From Yuukianura sp. NJ FZ-2021 (Eukaryota), in NCBI GenBank assembly GCA_046563655.1, contig CM102287.1:2542001-2606000 (forward strand): DNA of 64,000 bases. The letters run 5' to 3'. Of the stretch, positions 1 through 11,600 are shown piece after piece; within the stretch, counting starts at the first letter, position 1, and each line of letters starts with the position of its first letter. The notes under the pieces were generated by a model that saw only the letters and a list, made by a program, of their open reading frames with translations, was not told the DNA's origin and did no database searches. A program made the position numbers and the translations under genes.

Positions 1-21
1 TTTTGAAATTTTTGTTTATAG

Positions 22-616
22 TTGATAGAATGATAGCTCGTGCAGCGGAGGAAGAAAGAATCTGGGCTTTGGTGCGTAAATTCTTTTACCGCTGGTTGGA
101 CAACGTGCGAAAACGCAAAGCTCGACGACCAGACGAATTCCATCGCAGTTTCTGGGAGATTCGAGCAGAAGTGGAAGCTGCAGTGGTTCATCTTCGTCAA
201 GAATCTGGATACGGTATGATTTAAATCCGGTTTTCAAACCGGTACGGCCGGTTTTCAAACCGGTACTACTTAAAACTTTAAATTTTGGAATTGCAGAGAA
301 GTTTGACGACTTCATCATGAACATTGTGAAGTTGAAACGCGACATTATGGCTGAAATGGAGTCGGAGGAGCAGGCAGAAGCTGCTGCTGCTCTGGGATGG
401 GCCAAACATGAGGCGGAAGAGGCTGAAGCACAGTCGCAAAATGTCGCTGAAGGTGACAATGTCGCCAAAAGTGACAATGTCGCTGAAAGTGACCAAGGTC
501 AACGTCCAGCTGAAGGTCAACCGGGGTCAAATGCGGCTGAGCCGAGTGAAGTTCCAGTGGTAGCCTCCGTGCTTCCGCCTGAACCAACTCCGTCAGAAGA
601 AGATGAAGAGGATTGA
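22..616 (+). CDS. 3' end of an unknown gene (exons 22-213 and 297-616) with an acidic low-complexity C-terminus; 5' part lies outside the window
   Basis: GT at 214 and ttgcag acceptor at 296 join the two ORFs in frame (ESGY-E-KFDDFIMN). An 18-bp repeat encodes NVAEGD/NVAKSD/NVAESD. Stop at 614-616. Confidence 0.6.
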
Positions 617-770
617 TTCGCTGTCAAACCAAAAAGCACCGTTTTTTGAAACTTCAAAATTTAAAAATTCAGAATTTCTCAAAATTTCTAAAGAATAAAC
701 TCTCAAAATTGCCTGTTTTTGAAATTCTGGCATTTATCTAAAAATTCATAATGGGGAATGAACAAAACTC

Positions 771-784
771 GTCACCATGGTAAC
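771..784 (+). promoter_or_regulatory. RFX X-box-like palindrome GTCACCATGGTAAC upstream of a TCAGT initiator-like site (~851)
   Basis: Matches the GTNNCCATGGNAAC consensus and lies ~70 bp before the putative transcription start of the 1085 gene. Confidence 0.35.
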
Positions 785-1084
785 AGAAATCAAATTTTGT
801 TGTTTTTTTTTTTTCCAAATTTAGTCAACATTTGGCTTTTTTTTTTTTGCTCAGTCGCTGTTCGTCCGTCGCTGAGCGCAGTCGCTCTGAAAAGCTGAAG
901 TTTTCCGTCAAATTCAGCCGAATCGTCACCCTCTCGTCGCCTTCCAGCTAAAAAGTTTGTGACTTTCCACATTTCGGTTAGTTTAACTGCAATTAAACTT
1001 AAAATATTGCAAAAATTTGTTAGCCAAAAGTTAATGATGGTTTTGAAAGTTGCAGAGTGAAGATCTGTGTTGCGCATGGTTGAA

Positions 1085-1543
1085 ATGGCCTTATGTCAGG
1101 AGCAGTTGCTGATCGTGATGGTGGTGATCGTGGCTCTGATTGGTGGGCCTGCAGAGGGTGTTGGTGACACAAAGCCACCGAAAAGCAACATTCCGCCGAA
1201 CTTTCTGCTGGAAAATCGAGCATTCAGTGGTAAAAGAGACTTTTCTGTGGCGAAGATCTGCCAAGCGAACCCAGACTGTTGGTGGGAATTTCAAATGAAA
1301 GAAATGCCCTCATCCCCGTCACCAAGGCCCACCCCCATGCCAATGGAAACTGTACGACAAGGATACTTGGACGGTCTGAAAATGTGCTGCCGCACTCCGG
1401 AAATGCATAAGCAATGTTTCAACGACACAAAGCCAACAAATGGAAACGATGACGCACTACTGGACCACTGCGGAGGAGCAGCCACAAACCTTCCACTCAA
1501 ATTCATCTTTCCAACGTTACTCCTCGCATTCCTCAATTTTTAA
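1085..1543 (+). CDS. Secreted, putative GPI-anchored 6-Cys protein, family member 1 (in-frame ATG also at 1076)
   Basis: Signal peptide, C-x5-C...CC-x8-C-x17-C scaffold, small-residue omega region (CGGAA) and hydrophobic C-terminus. The 44-nt 5' leader is identical to that of the 16782 gene. Confidence 0.8.
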   Translation: MALCQEQLLIVMVVIVALIGGPAEGVGDTKPPKSNIPPNFLLENRAFSGKRDFSVAKICQANPDCWWEFQMKEMPSSPSPRPTPMPMETVRQGYLDGLKMCCRTPEMHKQCFNDTKPTNGNDDALLDHCGGAATNLPLKFIFPTLLLAFLNF

Positions 1544-1678
1544 AATATACTTCATTTCGTTACAAATTTTCAAAACACACTTCATTCACTGAAACGTTTG
1601 TTGTAAAAGTTTTTCTAAATTTCGAAAGTAAAATAAACTCTAAGCTCAACCTTGAAATTCTGTAAATTTGGAGACCAT

Positions 1679-2203
1679 TTATTGCTGCGTTGTGCAAGGA
1701 ATTACAGAAGGAATGAAGAGAAAGGCAAGAATTGCGAAGTGTTTGGATTTTGGGTGAGTTGACCTTTGACCTGACGTGCCCACGTAGACGCCATAGCCAT
1801 CATAAGCTCCTGGCCCACCAAGCCCACGTCTAGTCGAACTGTCCTCGGTTGTTGTTGGTGGGACGATGACGGTGGGATCCAGCACTTTCACACAGTACTG
1901 CTCCAGCTCAGCTTCATTTTGGTAGAGCATGGAGTTGAGTTCAACACACATGTGTTTTACTCCCAAGTAGCAGCATTTGTTATACGTTTTGCTGATGGCC
2001 AACGCCCAATCTTCACCTTCATCCCCGTGCTCTGGATGTTCTGGTGGCAAACACGTTTGGTTGATCCTAATTCCGTAACAAATTTCTGCTTTTCCAGTCT
2101 TTGGAGTTGTCTTTGGAGGTTGGTGGTCACAACAGATTCCTGACACTGCGCAGACAATTGCAAGCGATGTCCACAACTGCAAAGCATTTCGCTTCCACGT
2201 CAT
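1679..2203 (-). CDS. Secreted, putative GPI-anchored Cys-scaffold protein, family member 2
   Basis: Signal peptide, C-x8-C...KCC-x7-C...ELEQYC, Thr-rich stalk, RRGLGG motif and hydrophobic tail. Confidence 0.8.
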   Translation of the reverse strand: MTWKRNALQLWTSLAIVCAVSGICCDHQPPKTTPKTGKAEICYGIRINQTCLPPEHPEHGDEGEDWALAISKTYNKCCYLGVKHMCVELNSMLYQNEAELEQYCVKVLDPTVIVPPTTTEDSSTRRGLGGPGAYDGYGVYVGTSGQRSTHPKSKHFAILAFLFIPSVIPCTTQQ

Positions 2204-2468
2204 TCTTCAAGCGATTCTTCTACCGATTTTTAAGTTCCAGCAGCAACGCTGTGTCTCGGTTCACAATTTTCTCAAATTCCTCCCAAATTACTCAAATTTT
2301 AATATAATTGCTGGAAATTCTCCAGAAATTCGACAAAAAAAATTTTTTTTTTCCAGAAAATTGATCCAGCGAATTTCAAAGTTTCAAAAAAAATTTCTAA
2401 CCGAAAACTTACTCTTCTGTTTCTAGTAGCTGCAGTAAGGAAATTTTCTAAATTTTTCATTCTTTTTT

Positions 2469-2490
2469 GTGTGTGTGTGTGTGTGTGTGT
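2469..2490. repeat. (GT)11 microsatellite
   Basis: Read directly from the sequence. Confidence 0.95.
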
Positions 2491-2573
2491 TTTTGAAAAA
2501 TCGATGAATTTGGAGTTTTTTTCTTCAAATTTTGTACTTTTAAAAAACGATTTATTTTTGACTTGAACAGAAA

Positions 2574-3209
2574 CTACAAGTGAAAAACCAAAAGGACAAT
2601 AATCGTTGTAAATTTTTGTGGAAAGTCAGGTGACCTTTGACCTTTGGATCTACTGTGACTGTGACCTTTGAACTCTGCATAGCCTTCGTACTTCCCGCGT
2701 CCACCGAAGCCACCTCCTCTTCTTTTGGCTAGTTTTGTCGTAGTCGTTTTTGGCGTTGTCGTTTTTGTTGTTGTGCGTTTTGGTCCATCACGTTCATTAC
2801 AGAATGCTTGGTAGTATCCAGGATCGAGGTAGAAGCGCAAGGAGTCGAAACGATCACAACTCGCGTCAGATTTCCGATCTCTGCAGCATTTGTCCATCAT
2901 GTGAGTGAGGATGCTGGACCAGTTGTAACTGGATGCTTCCAGTATTTGTACTGCGTCAATTTGATCAATGTAGGCAATCAAACAGTCTTCCTTTCGAGGA
3001 GGGTAGAGTAGATTGACGCAAATGGCCATCATAGCATTGCTCACTTCACCTTTGACCTCCAGTCCTGGCGGTGCAAACGTGAAGTTGGTCAAAACCTTGT
3101 CCCAAAGTTCCGTCAAGTTCACATTGTCAGGTTGAGCAGTAACGATTCCAGCGATTGCGAAAACCAGCATCAGCGATGGCCAGAACTGCACAATTTTTGG
3201 TTCCGACAT
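2574..3209 (-). CDS. Secreted, putative GPI-anchored 6-Cys protein, family member 3
   Basis: Signal peptide, C...C...KCC-x8-C...AFCN, TTKTT mucin-like stalk, KRRGGG motif and hydrophobic tail. Confidence 0.8.
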   Translation of the reverse strand: MSEPKIVQFWPSLMLVFAIAGIVTAQPDNVNLTELWDKVLTNFTFAPPGLEVKGEVSNAMMAICVNLLYPPRKEDCLIAYIDQIDAVQILEASSYNWSSILTHMMDKCCRDRKSDASCDRFDSLRFYLDPGYYQAFCNERDGPKRTTTKTTTPKTTTTKLAKRRGGGFGGRGKYEGYAEFKGHSHSRSKGQRSPDFPQKFTTIIVLLVFHL

Positions 3210-5281
3210 GAGAAAATCAACGATTCTTAAAACTCCAGCCGAGGCTCAGTGAATTTTACAAGTTTTTTGTAACAGGAATTTAGAATTTTGAAAAATTAGT
3301 TCAAAAATTGAACTGTAGGAGAACTTTTAATAGAAAGTTTTGAAAAATTTCGAGTCATGAGATTTTGGAGGTTTTTTTTTAAAGCTTGTTTGTTACAGAA
3401 TTTAACATTTTTCGTGCGTCAGAGCTCCAGAGTTGCAATTTATTTAAAAAAAGTCAGAAATTTTGATTTTTGCAAGGATTTTCTTAGAAAAGTTACAATT
3501 TTTATTTCTTTTGAATAGTAACACAATTTTTTTTTTAAGTTAAGTTTTTTGAAAAGAAAAACTTTCTCACACTCACCAGCTTCTTTAACATAAAAAAAAA
3601 TGAAATTAGACTTTCAGAAAGTTTCACTTTTTCTTGCCTTTCTTTAGAAAGCGACAAGATTCTATGAATAGAAAAATTAGAAATGGCAAAATATTTGCAC
3701 GAGCCGATTTCTCTTACCCCGCCCCCGCCCCACTTTGACAATTTCTGTACTTTTGATACAAAGTCCCACCCGAGTGTGGGTAAAGCCCCACCCGAGTGTG
3801 GGTGGGGCCTTGGCATAAATGAGAAAAGGATTTCCGAACCATTTCCTTTGTTTCAAAGCACTTGGCGTAAACGCTCTGACAGCCCAAATCTCTCTCTTAT
3901 GATTTGTAGCTGGACTTTCTCCACGGCAAAAGAAAATTTCAAAAGAAATTCTCGCTTTTTTTAACGTCTTTGTATCATTCTTGTATCATAAAATTTTGAG
4001 ATAGAAAGCACGAGCGGAAGTGACAACGGTTTGCCAGCGATTAGATTTTGGCACAGTTTTCACGCTTCGCTGAAATTTACAATAAATCCTCATTTTTGGC
4101 TTTTCAAGGCGCTGATTTAATTTTAACTTAAAAAAAGCTTGACTTGAATTAATTGAAGCTTGAAATTTTTAAAAGATTTTCTAAAAAAAACGCTACAAAA
4201 GGAAATAGTGAAGTTTAGCTTGCACGGTGCAATTCACGGTTTCAGCTTCTTTCGAGGGAAAGACTCAAAAAAGTGCTTAAAATTAAGTTACACCCGCCGC
4301 AATTTAATATGCAAGTTTCCACTTTCACTGTTTTTGAAAAAGTGAAAGTCCCAAGAGACGAAACCCTGCTTTTCAAGTTTGTTTTTTTTTTGAAAAGGAG
4401 AAATCTGGTAGAAAATGTTCGTCAATTCATTAGGCTCCTTTTCTTGTGCAGAGGGAATTTTGAAATGAAATGCAGAGGGGAGGAGTAGAAAGCGTTTAAG
4501 ATGCAATATTCAAACGGAGGGAAATTTAAAAAGAGAAAGCAAAGCGGTTGGTTTTCTTTGATGAAAAGATTCAAAAAAGCCTCCTCAAAAATGTTTTCCG
4601 AGTTCCTTTAATTAAAAATTCTTGTAAACCGGGGTTTCTTTTTCCAGTTCAACTCAAACTCTGTTCTTTTAGTTGAATTTTGAAAATTTTAATTTTTTTG
4701 AAAACGGGAACATGAATTTTTAGTTTTTCTCTTTTTCAAACTTAACTAAATGTTAATGTTAATAGTTGGGACGCCAGCGAAAAATAATCTCATTTTTTTT
4801 AGCTATATAAATTTAAAATACCAGCAAAGAATCATGCAAAATTTTAGAAGACGTTGATACATTGCATTGAAGAAAAACATTTCGTTGTTTTTTATGAATT
4901 TGCATTTCGTAAACTTTTGCTTTAGAGGTCAAGCTAGGGTCGAAATCTACTAGAAAGTGACCTTGACCATTTCATTGCAACATTTCTTTCACAAAATACA
5001 CTTCTTATAATGTCTTGACGACACTGGCGACACTTTTAGTAAAATCAGCTTCTTGTTTTCACACATTCGCCAACTTTTCAGCATGTTGCGCTCTCTTCAC
5101 TATGCGTTTGCGCTTTAGCCCTCCTCGGTTGGTTTGCTGAAACTTGTGCCAATTTCAGCGAAAGCTTGTTCTCTTCCAGGTAAAACCAAAGTTTTAGAAA
5201 GAAACTTGAAACTTAAAAAAGTTGGTTAATTTTGAATTTGTTTCAAGTTCAAGATCTTTGTTGCTTGTGCGTCTGCTTGAA

Positions 5282-5968
5282 ATGGCTTTGTCGGGATCAG
5301 TTGCTGGTTGTGGGCATTGGATGCTTGCAGTTTTGGTTGTGGTTGGTGGAATTTGGATTGGTGGGGCTGTTGGAGCCACCACGAACACCACACTCGGTGG
5401 AGACGCAGGTCCTCGCTACCTCAACTCCACGATCTCTCTCTTTCAAAATAGAGCAAATCGTCGTAGAAGTTTTTATGATGAAAGTGAAAGTCCTTACGGT
5501 GAAAGTGGAAGTTCTTTCGGTGGAGGCGGAAGTTCCCACGGTGGGAGTGGCGGCGTAACTCTACGCAGCATTGCCTGTCCCCGTGCGACCTCTGACCCCG
5601 GCTGCATCGCTGACCTTACCTTGATTACAATGCAAAAGGACGCATACGAACGGGGAGAAACGTTTGATCATCCCTCCAACTTTCGTTACGGTATTGTGGA
5701 CTTCCTCAAAGAGTGTTGCAGTAAACCTCCTGGACCGTTCCAAAAATGCACCTCAATTGACAATCCAATGACCAAGGGCGATGATCTCTCCGTGGACACT
5801 TTCTGCAATAGTCGACACTCTTCAAACTACCGAAGTCCATTCGACTATCATTATCCTAAAGGAACCTACAAAGGACTACCAGTGCCGGAAGACCTATTGT
5901 CCCACGGCAGTCCACTTAAATCTACATTCACTCTACTTTCTCTCATTACTTTTTCACTTCTTATTTAA
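5282..5968 (+). CDS. Secreted, putative GPI-anchored 6-Cys protein, family member 4
   Basis: MALSG signal peptide, RRRS basic site, Gly/Ser linker, C-x8-C...GIVDFLKECC-x9-C...TFCN and hydrophobic tail. Confidence 0.85.
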   Translation: MALSGSVAGCGHWMLAVLVVVGGIWIGGAVGATTNTTLGGDAGPRYLNSTISLFQNRANRRRSFYDESESPYGESGSSFGGGGSSHGGSGGVTLRSIACPRATSDPGCIADLTLITMQKDAYERGETFDHPSNFRYGIVDFLKECCSKPPGPFQKCTSIDNPMTKGDDLSVDTFCNSRHSSNYRSPFDYHYPKGTYKGLPVPEDLLSHGSPLKSTFTLLSLITFSLLI

Positions 5969-6556
5969 ACAAAATATTCAAACTTGACATGAATTTTTAC
6001 AATAATTAATAAAATTTTCTGTTCACTGAAACTTTTTTTTTAAACTGAGAAACATGACATTTTAAAATATCAACGACTGGGGAAAGAGCGGAGTGCAAGT
6101 AAAAGTTACATTTTTTCGAAATGCATTTTGAAAAACATTTTAGTTTCTCTAGCCATGAATTTGAACTTTTCACCTTAAAGTTTTGCATTAGAGATCAACT
6201 TTGGGTGAGAATGTACTAAAAAGTGAGGTCAACGACCTTTGATCATGTTTCTTGTCACTTTCACTCAGAAAATTACACTTTTAACAATGTCTTGACGACA
6301 CTGGGGACACTTTTAGTAAAATCAACATCTTGTTTTCACACATTCACCAACTTTTCAGCATTTTGCTCTCTCTTCGCTACGAATGAATTTGCGCTTTAGC
6401 ACTCGGAGTTGCTAAAAACTTGTGCCAATTTCAGCGAAAGCTTGTTATCTTCCAGGTAAAACCAAACTTTTGGTTAGAAACTGAAAATTTTAAAAGTTGT
6501 CTAATTTCTAATTTGTTTCACGGTCAAGATCCTTGTTGCTTGTGCGTCTGCTTAAA

Positions 6557-7240
6557 ATGGCTTTGTCAGGAACAGTTGTTTGTCGTTGGCAATGGACGCT
6601 GGCACTTTTGGTTGTGATTGGTGGAGTTTGGATTGGTACAGTTGCACAATCTACGGAGTCTTCTAAAGCCAAAACTCAAAATTTGGCTAAAACTAAGCGG
6701 TTTGACATTGCCGCCATTTCTCGCATGATGAAAACTTCCCGTCGTAAGTTCAGGAACCGAGCTGCTGGACCAAACAGAAACATTCTGGAAGCGGCTTGTG
6801 ATGTGCACAAGTCAGATCCACATTGCCTTGTAGAATACTTTCTGATGACTCAACAAGTTTATGGAAAAGAAACGACCGTGGATGAAAATGACTACTTTCA
6901 AAGTGTGGATTTGATCTTTGACCTTTGCTGTACCCCGCCGCTTGGAGAAAACGAAGACTGCAGAAACCAGGGGTTGTCCACTTTGGCAACAGCAACAGAC
7001 GGAGGTGAAATCGACGACTTCTGCCTAACCCGAAAGCAGCCAAACTACCAAAACCCATTCAAAACACCTTACCAGCCCATTTCTGACTCTGGCCCATCCA
7101 ATGATCCGTCAAAAGACGGGTACGATGACTGGGCTGGCGGAGACACAAGATACAGCCGACGTAATCCAAATGCAACTAAAATGAACATCGGACTCAAGTT
7201 TCTTGTTCTTACTACTTTCTCTTTTCTACTGCTTTTTTAA
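6557..7240 (+). CDS. Secreted, putative GPI-anchored 6-Cys protein, family member 5
   Basis: MALSG signal, C-x8-C (SDPHC)...CC-x9-C...DFC and GLKFLVLT tail; tandem paralog of 5282. Confidence 0.85.
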   Translation: MALSGTVVCRWQWTLALLVVIGGVWIGTVAQSTESSKAKTQNLAKTKRFDIAAISRMMKTSRRKFRNRAAGPNRNILEAACDVHKSDPHCLVEYFLMTQQVYGKETTVDENDYFQSVDLIFDLCCTPPLGENEDCRNQGLSTLATATDGGEIDDFCLTRKQPNYQNPFKTPYQPISDSGPSNDPSKDGYDDWAGGDTRYSRRNPNATKMNIGLKFLVLTTFSFLLLF

Positions 7241-8097
7241 AAAGCAGTAGCTTTTTCAAATTCAAAGAATTTCAAAGTCAAAAAATTTCATATTCTAACA
7301 TTTTCAAACACACTTTTCACTAATTACATTCTCTAATTCTAAACTTTCAAAATTGTCTTACCAATAGTACTCAAAATCAATAAATTCACCAATAATAAAA
7401 TAATAAAATTTTCAAATCAATTTCAAAAAAATAAAATTAAAATAAATAAATTCAACTTGTCACTTTATACTTTTGCATTAGAGGTCAACCCTGGGTCATT
7501 TCTTTACAACATTTAATGCAAAATTCACTTTTTACAATGTCTTGACAACACTGGCAACGCTTTTAGTAAAAAATCAACATCTTGTTTTCACTCATTCACC
7601 AACTTTTTAGCATTTTTCTTTCTCTTCTTGCTACGCGTTTGCGGTTTTTAGCACTCGAAGTTTGCTACAAACTTGAGCCAATTTCAACGAAAGCTTGTTT
7701 TCGCCTTAAAATTTTGCATTATTTTACATCAACTTTGGGTCAAAATGTACTAAAAAGTGAGGTGAACGACCTTAATCATTTTCCGTGTAGCTATTCTGCT
7801 AGAAATACACATTTGAAAATTGTCTTGACGACACTGGCGACACTTTGAGTAAAATCAACATCTTGTTTTCACACACTCACCAACTTTTGACCTTGGTTGT
7901 TCAGTCGCAGTCAGTCAGTAGCTGGAGGTTGAGCCGACAGGAGTAGAAACTGAAGCTCTGCGTCAAGTTCATCAGAAACAGACTTTTCGTCATCTCAAGT
8001 AAGACTAAATTTCAGTTTAGTTAAAGTTAATTGAACTTTAAAGTGACTCTGGTCTGTTTTAGGTGGAAGATCTTTGTTGCTTGTGCGCCTGCTTGAA

Positions 8098-8652
8098 ATG
8101 GCTTTGTCAGGAACAGTCACTGGTGGTCGCTGGATGACTTTGGGTGTGGTGATGGTCATGTGTGGATTTGGACATCTTGAGTCACGAGAATTGGAAAATC
8201 ATCGAGATGTGCTGTGCGATGCTTTCGCCAAAAAGCCGGACTGCTACTTCGATTACGTGGATAAGACTAATGCTGCCAAGGGTGGTGAACCACAGGACAG
8301 GGACTACATGGGAAAACTGTTGGAGAAATGCTGTGGTGGCCTTGGAATTAGTGGATGCCGCCCGATCGACGACGCTGCGAATATCCAAGGCAGTTGGCCA
8401 GAGCTGGATGCGTGCAGATTCGATCCCACCACGACGACGGAGCCACCAAAAAAGGACGAGTCAAAACCGGACGATGAAACACGTCCGCACAGCTACAGCG
8501 GTAGTGAACCAGCGGTGGACTCAAATTTCTTGTTCTTACTATTTTTCTTCCACTCCTTTTCTAAAAATCTCCAAACATTTACATTCAAAATACTCAAAAC
8601 TTTCATAATCTCTTTCATAATTTTAAATACATACACACCAAAAGTCTGTTGA
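8098..8652 (+). CDS. 6-Cys family member 6; C-terminal tail appears frameshifted relative to paralogs
   Basis: MALSG signal and C-x8-C...CC-x7-C...C scaffold. The family tail GLKFLVLTIFLPLLF* is encoded at 8517-8564 in a different frame. Confidence 0.7.
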   Translation: MALSGTVTGGRWMTLGVVMVMCGFGHLESRELENHRDVLCDAFAKKPDCYFDYVDKTNAAKGGEPQDRDYMGKLLEKCCGGLGISGCRPIDDAANIQGSWPELDACRFDPTTTTEPPKKDESKPDDETRPHSYSGSEPAVDSNFLFLLFFFHSFSKNLQTFTFKILKTFIISFIILNTYTPKVC

Positions 8653-11600
8653 GATGAATTTTGAATTAAAATAAATTCAATCTAAATAAAATTCATCTGT
8701 TCGCTGAAACTTTTTCCTGACCTGAGAACCGTGGACTTTTAAAATATTTAACACTGGGGGAGGAACGGAGTGAAAGTAAAAGTAAACCAATAAATCCATT
8801 ATTCAGGACCACCAGAGTCTCGGTAGACAATGAACTTTCTTTTTCCTGTGCGTTCAACAAAACATGCTTTCTTACGCACAAACAGTGGGCATTTGAAAAG
8901 ATGAAGTTGAGAGTGAAAGCAGGAGATGAAAGTAAATAAAATTCTGATCCCTGGCGACATCTTTCTTTCTGAAGGCCCTGCTCAGCTGGAAAGAGGAAGC
9001 GGTGGATTCAATTTTAGAAAAAGAGAAGTTTAGTGTTCAAAGGAATTTAAAAAAAATTCAATTATGCTGCTTTCTAAAAATGATTTATTCATTACGCTCT
9101 CTCTTTACTGTTGCTTTCACTCATACATCAGAACAATCCTACCGGTTTTGGCTCATGTTCGACTCGGATGTTTACATTTCGGTTTTCAAGTTCAAAAAGC
9201 TCAACGCCGCTCAAAAAAATTTCTGCTGCTGAAAAGAAAAATTTTTTCTAAAATTACGCTTTTTTTCTTCAAGTTTTTGTCGTAGTGGCGTTCAGGAATG
9301 TCATTTTATTTTTTATTTTTTGATTTTTGTTGTTTTGCTGTTTGCTGTTTTATTTGCTTTTACCGTTTTATTTGCTGTTTGATGAAGTGAAAAAGTGAGT
9401 CATGATGGGAATAAATGGAAAAGTTTTGTGAAAGACGATGACAGGGGACTAGCGGATGGTTTTAGAAACTTTCACTCAACTTTCACTTTGTTCTGACACA
9501 ATGACACAAACACTCAACAATTATTTCGATCCACAGGAACCGTCACATTCAATCAAGCAATTATCAACATCCATAAAAAAAGAACAACTTTTTCAAAATT
9601 TGGGAAATACGGAAGAAATTTTTAGGTCGAGGTTGTAATTTTGTAGTTTTTGCACGACTGAAATCAGGGCTATTTTGGGGCAGAGTGAGAATCTTTCTCC
9701 CAAATAACTCTGCATCTCCGCAGATTTAATTAAACTTTGTCTGGTTTCCTTTTAGTTACTCCCTCCACTCGCTTTTTCCTTCAATTTGAAAGCGGGAATT
9801 TTAAGAAAGTCAAAGGAAATCACCGTGGTTCTTCTGGCCCATAAATCAGCCGCTCTCCAAGGAAACATCACAGACCAAGTGGGAATGTGCACATTAAAAG
9901 TCATTTCCATTCTGTTCTGCACCTCCTTTTTCTAAAAAACAGAAAAAGTTAAGGAATTTCAAAAAAAAATGTTGAACAAGCTTCTGCAAGATCCAAAAAC
10001 GTGTGTAATTAGTTGAAAAAAGAAATATGATTCGGGTTTTCTGCTAACGAGTCTCCATTTGATTCCTTAAGCTTCTTCCACCAGTCGTTTTCTTCAGCCT
10101 GCTCCAAATCCTGAGCAATAAAAACATTTGGAGGGAGTAACTATTTGCTCTTTGGAGGAAGTAACTATTTCCGCTCTCGCCTTATTCATAATACCCCAGC
10201 TAGAAAGAGAAAGTTCCAATTGTTGTTTTTGTGCAAGTGAATGAGAGTATTTTCCATTAGATTTAATTTAATGGCCACTTTTACTCTAACTTCTGGAAAC
10301 AAATTAAACAAGGCTTTTCCGTCTACCAAAAACTGATGAGCATAATAATAAGGAAGAAGAAAACAGAAGGAAACGACCAAAGAGTTTACAACTTTCCAAA
10401 TTAAGTAACCCGAGTGCCAATGGACTTTTACTTTTCAGGAAATTTTCAAAAAAAAAAAGAAGTTCAATTTTTTCAAAAAAAAAGTTTAAAATCTTGTTAA
10501 TTTTGGCCAGTCCAGTCGAGACTTTGTCCGAATTTCTACTTGTTTTTTAAGGAATTTTGAAAGTTTCTTCGTTGCAGCGGAAAATTTCGAGATTTTTGTT
10601 TGAAAAGTTTGAAATCCAAGTGGATCGTTTCTGATTGAGTGAGCAAAGGAGTGGGAAATTTTCTCTTATTCTTGTTAAATTTCAAAATTAAAAAGAGTTA
10701 AACCAAAATTAGAGTTTTCACTTTGATGAAATTTTGAGCTTAAGTGGACACAAGGGAGAAAGCAAACAGTGAGTGCCGGTTATCTGCGATAGCCAAACGC
10801 ACAGCTCCCTTCTAATTCCTGTCTAAAACACTTTTCAAAATCCTTTTCGATTTTTTTAAATCCTTAATCCGAGTGAAACATTGAATTGAAAATAAAGTTT
10901 GTTGTGCCCTCATCCATCACAGTCCACAGTCCTGTCCACTACCAGCATCCGCTGATTAACAACTTCTCTGCTCAAGGGGGTTTCTAAATCTCAGACTTCT
11001 CTGAAAATTTCAAACAGAAGAAGCAGCAGGGGGAGAAAGTGAAAGGAACCTTTTCGGTTCGTATGAAAAGAACCTTTTGAAAGTATGAAGATGGGGATCT
11101 TGCTTTGAAATTTACTCGAAATAAAGCAAAACGAAAGTTTTCAGAGAGAAATTGTTGGGAGAAAGAAACATTTCAACTTTTTCCAATTTAATTCAATTCC
11201 AGCTCCATGAGCATCAACAACAAAGAAACATATTGTAAACCTATCTAGCCTAATCTAAACCTAACTAAAACTTACACTCAAATACTCCAATAACGTAACA
11301 TTTCGAAAATTTTTATCACTTTTTGAAGAAGTACATTTTTAAAAATTTTTGATTTTTTTTCACTTTGTGCTAAATTGTCGCAGACTGTGGGGTGTGACTA
11401 AAAGTGAGAATCGGCGGAAACTGCTGGTTTGACGAGTGAAAGTCTGCGTTTGACTTATATTTATTTCCGAGTGGCTTTTAACAAACTTATTAGTTCTAGA
11501 ACTGAAAAGTAGGCGGAGAAAGGAGTAGGTTAGCCTAACCTTAACCTAACTGTGTGCTGATCCTGAGTGAAAGTAGGTGTAGGGATAATTTATTACGTTT

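Larger units (their letters stand above)
4915..7890 (+). repeat. Four copies of a ~200-260 bp upstream module (core tgtcttgacgacactggcgacacttttagtaaaatcaacatcttgttttcacaca) at ~4915-5185, ~6181-6460, ~7471-7705 and ~7712-7890
   Basis: Near-identical cores at ~5011, ~6288, ~7538 and ~7821. They precede the 5282, 6557 and 8098 genes, with one extra copy. Confidence 0.85.

Noticed and set aside
3765..3802. Direct repeat of the imperfect palindrome CCCACCCGAGTGTGGG
   Set aside because: Only two copies and no context to assign a function.
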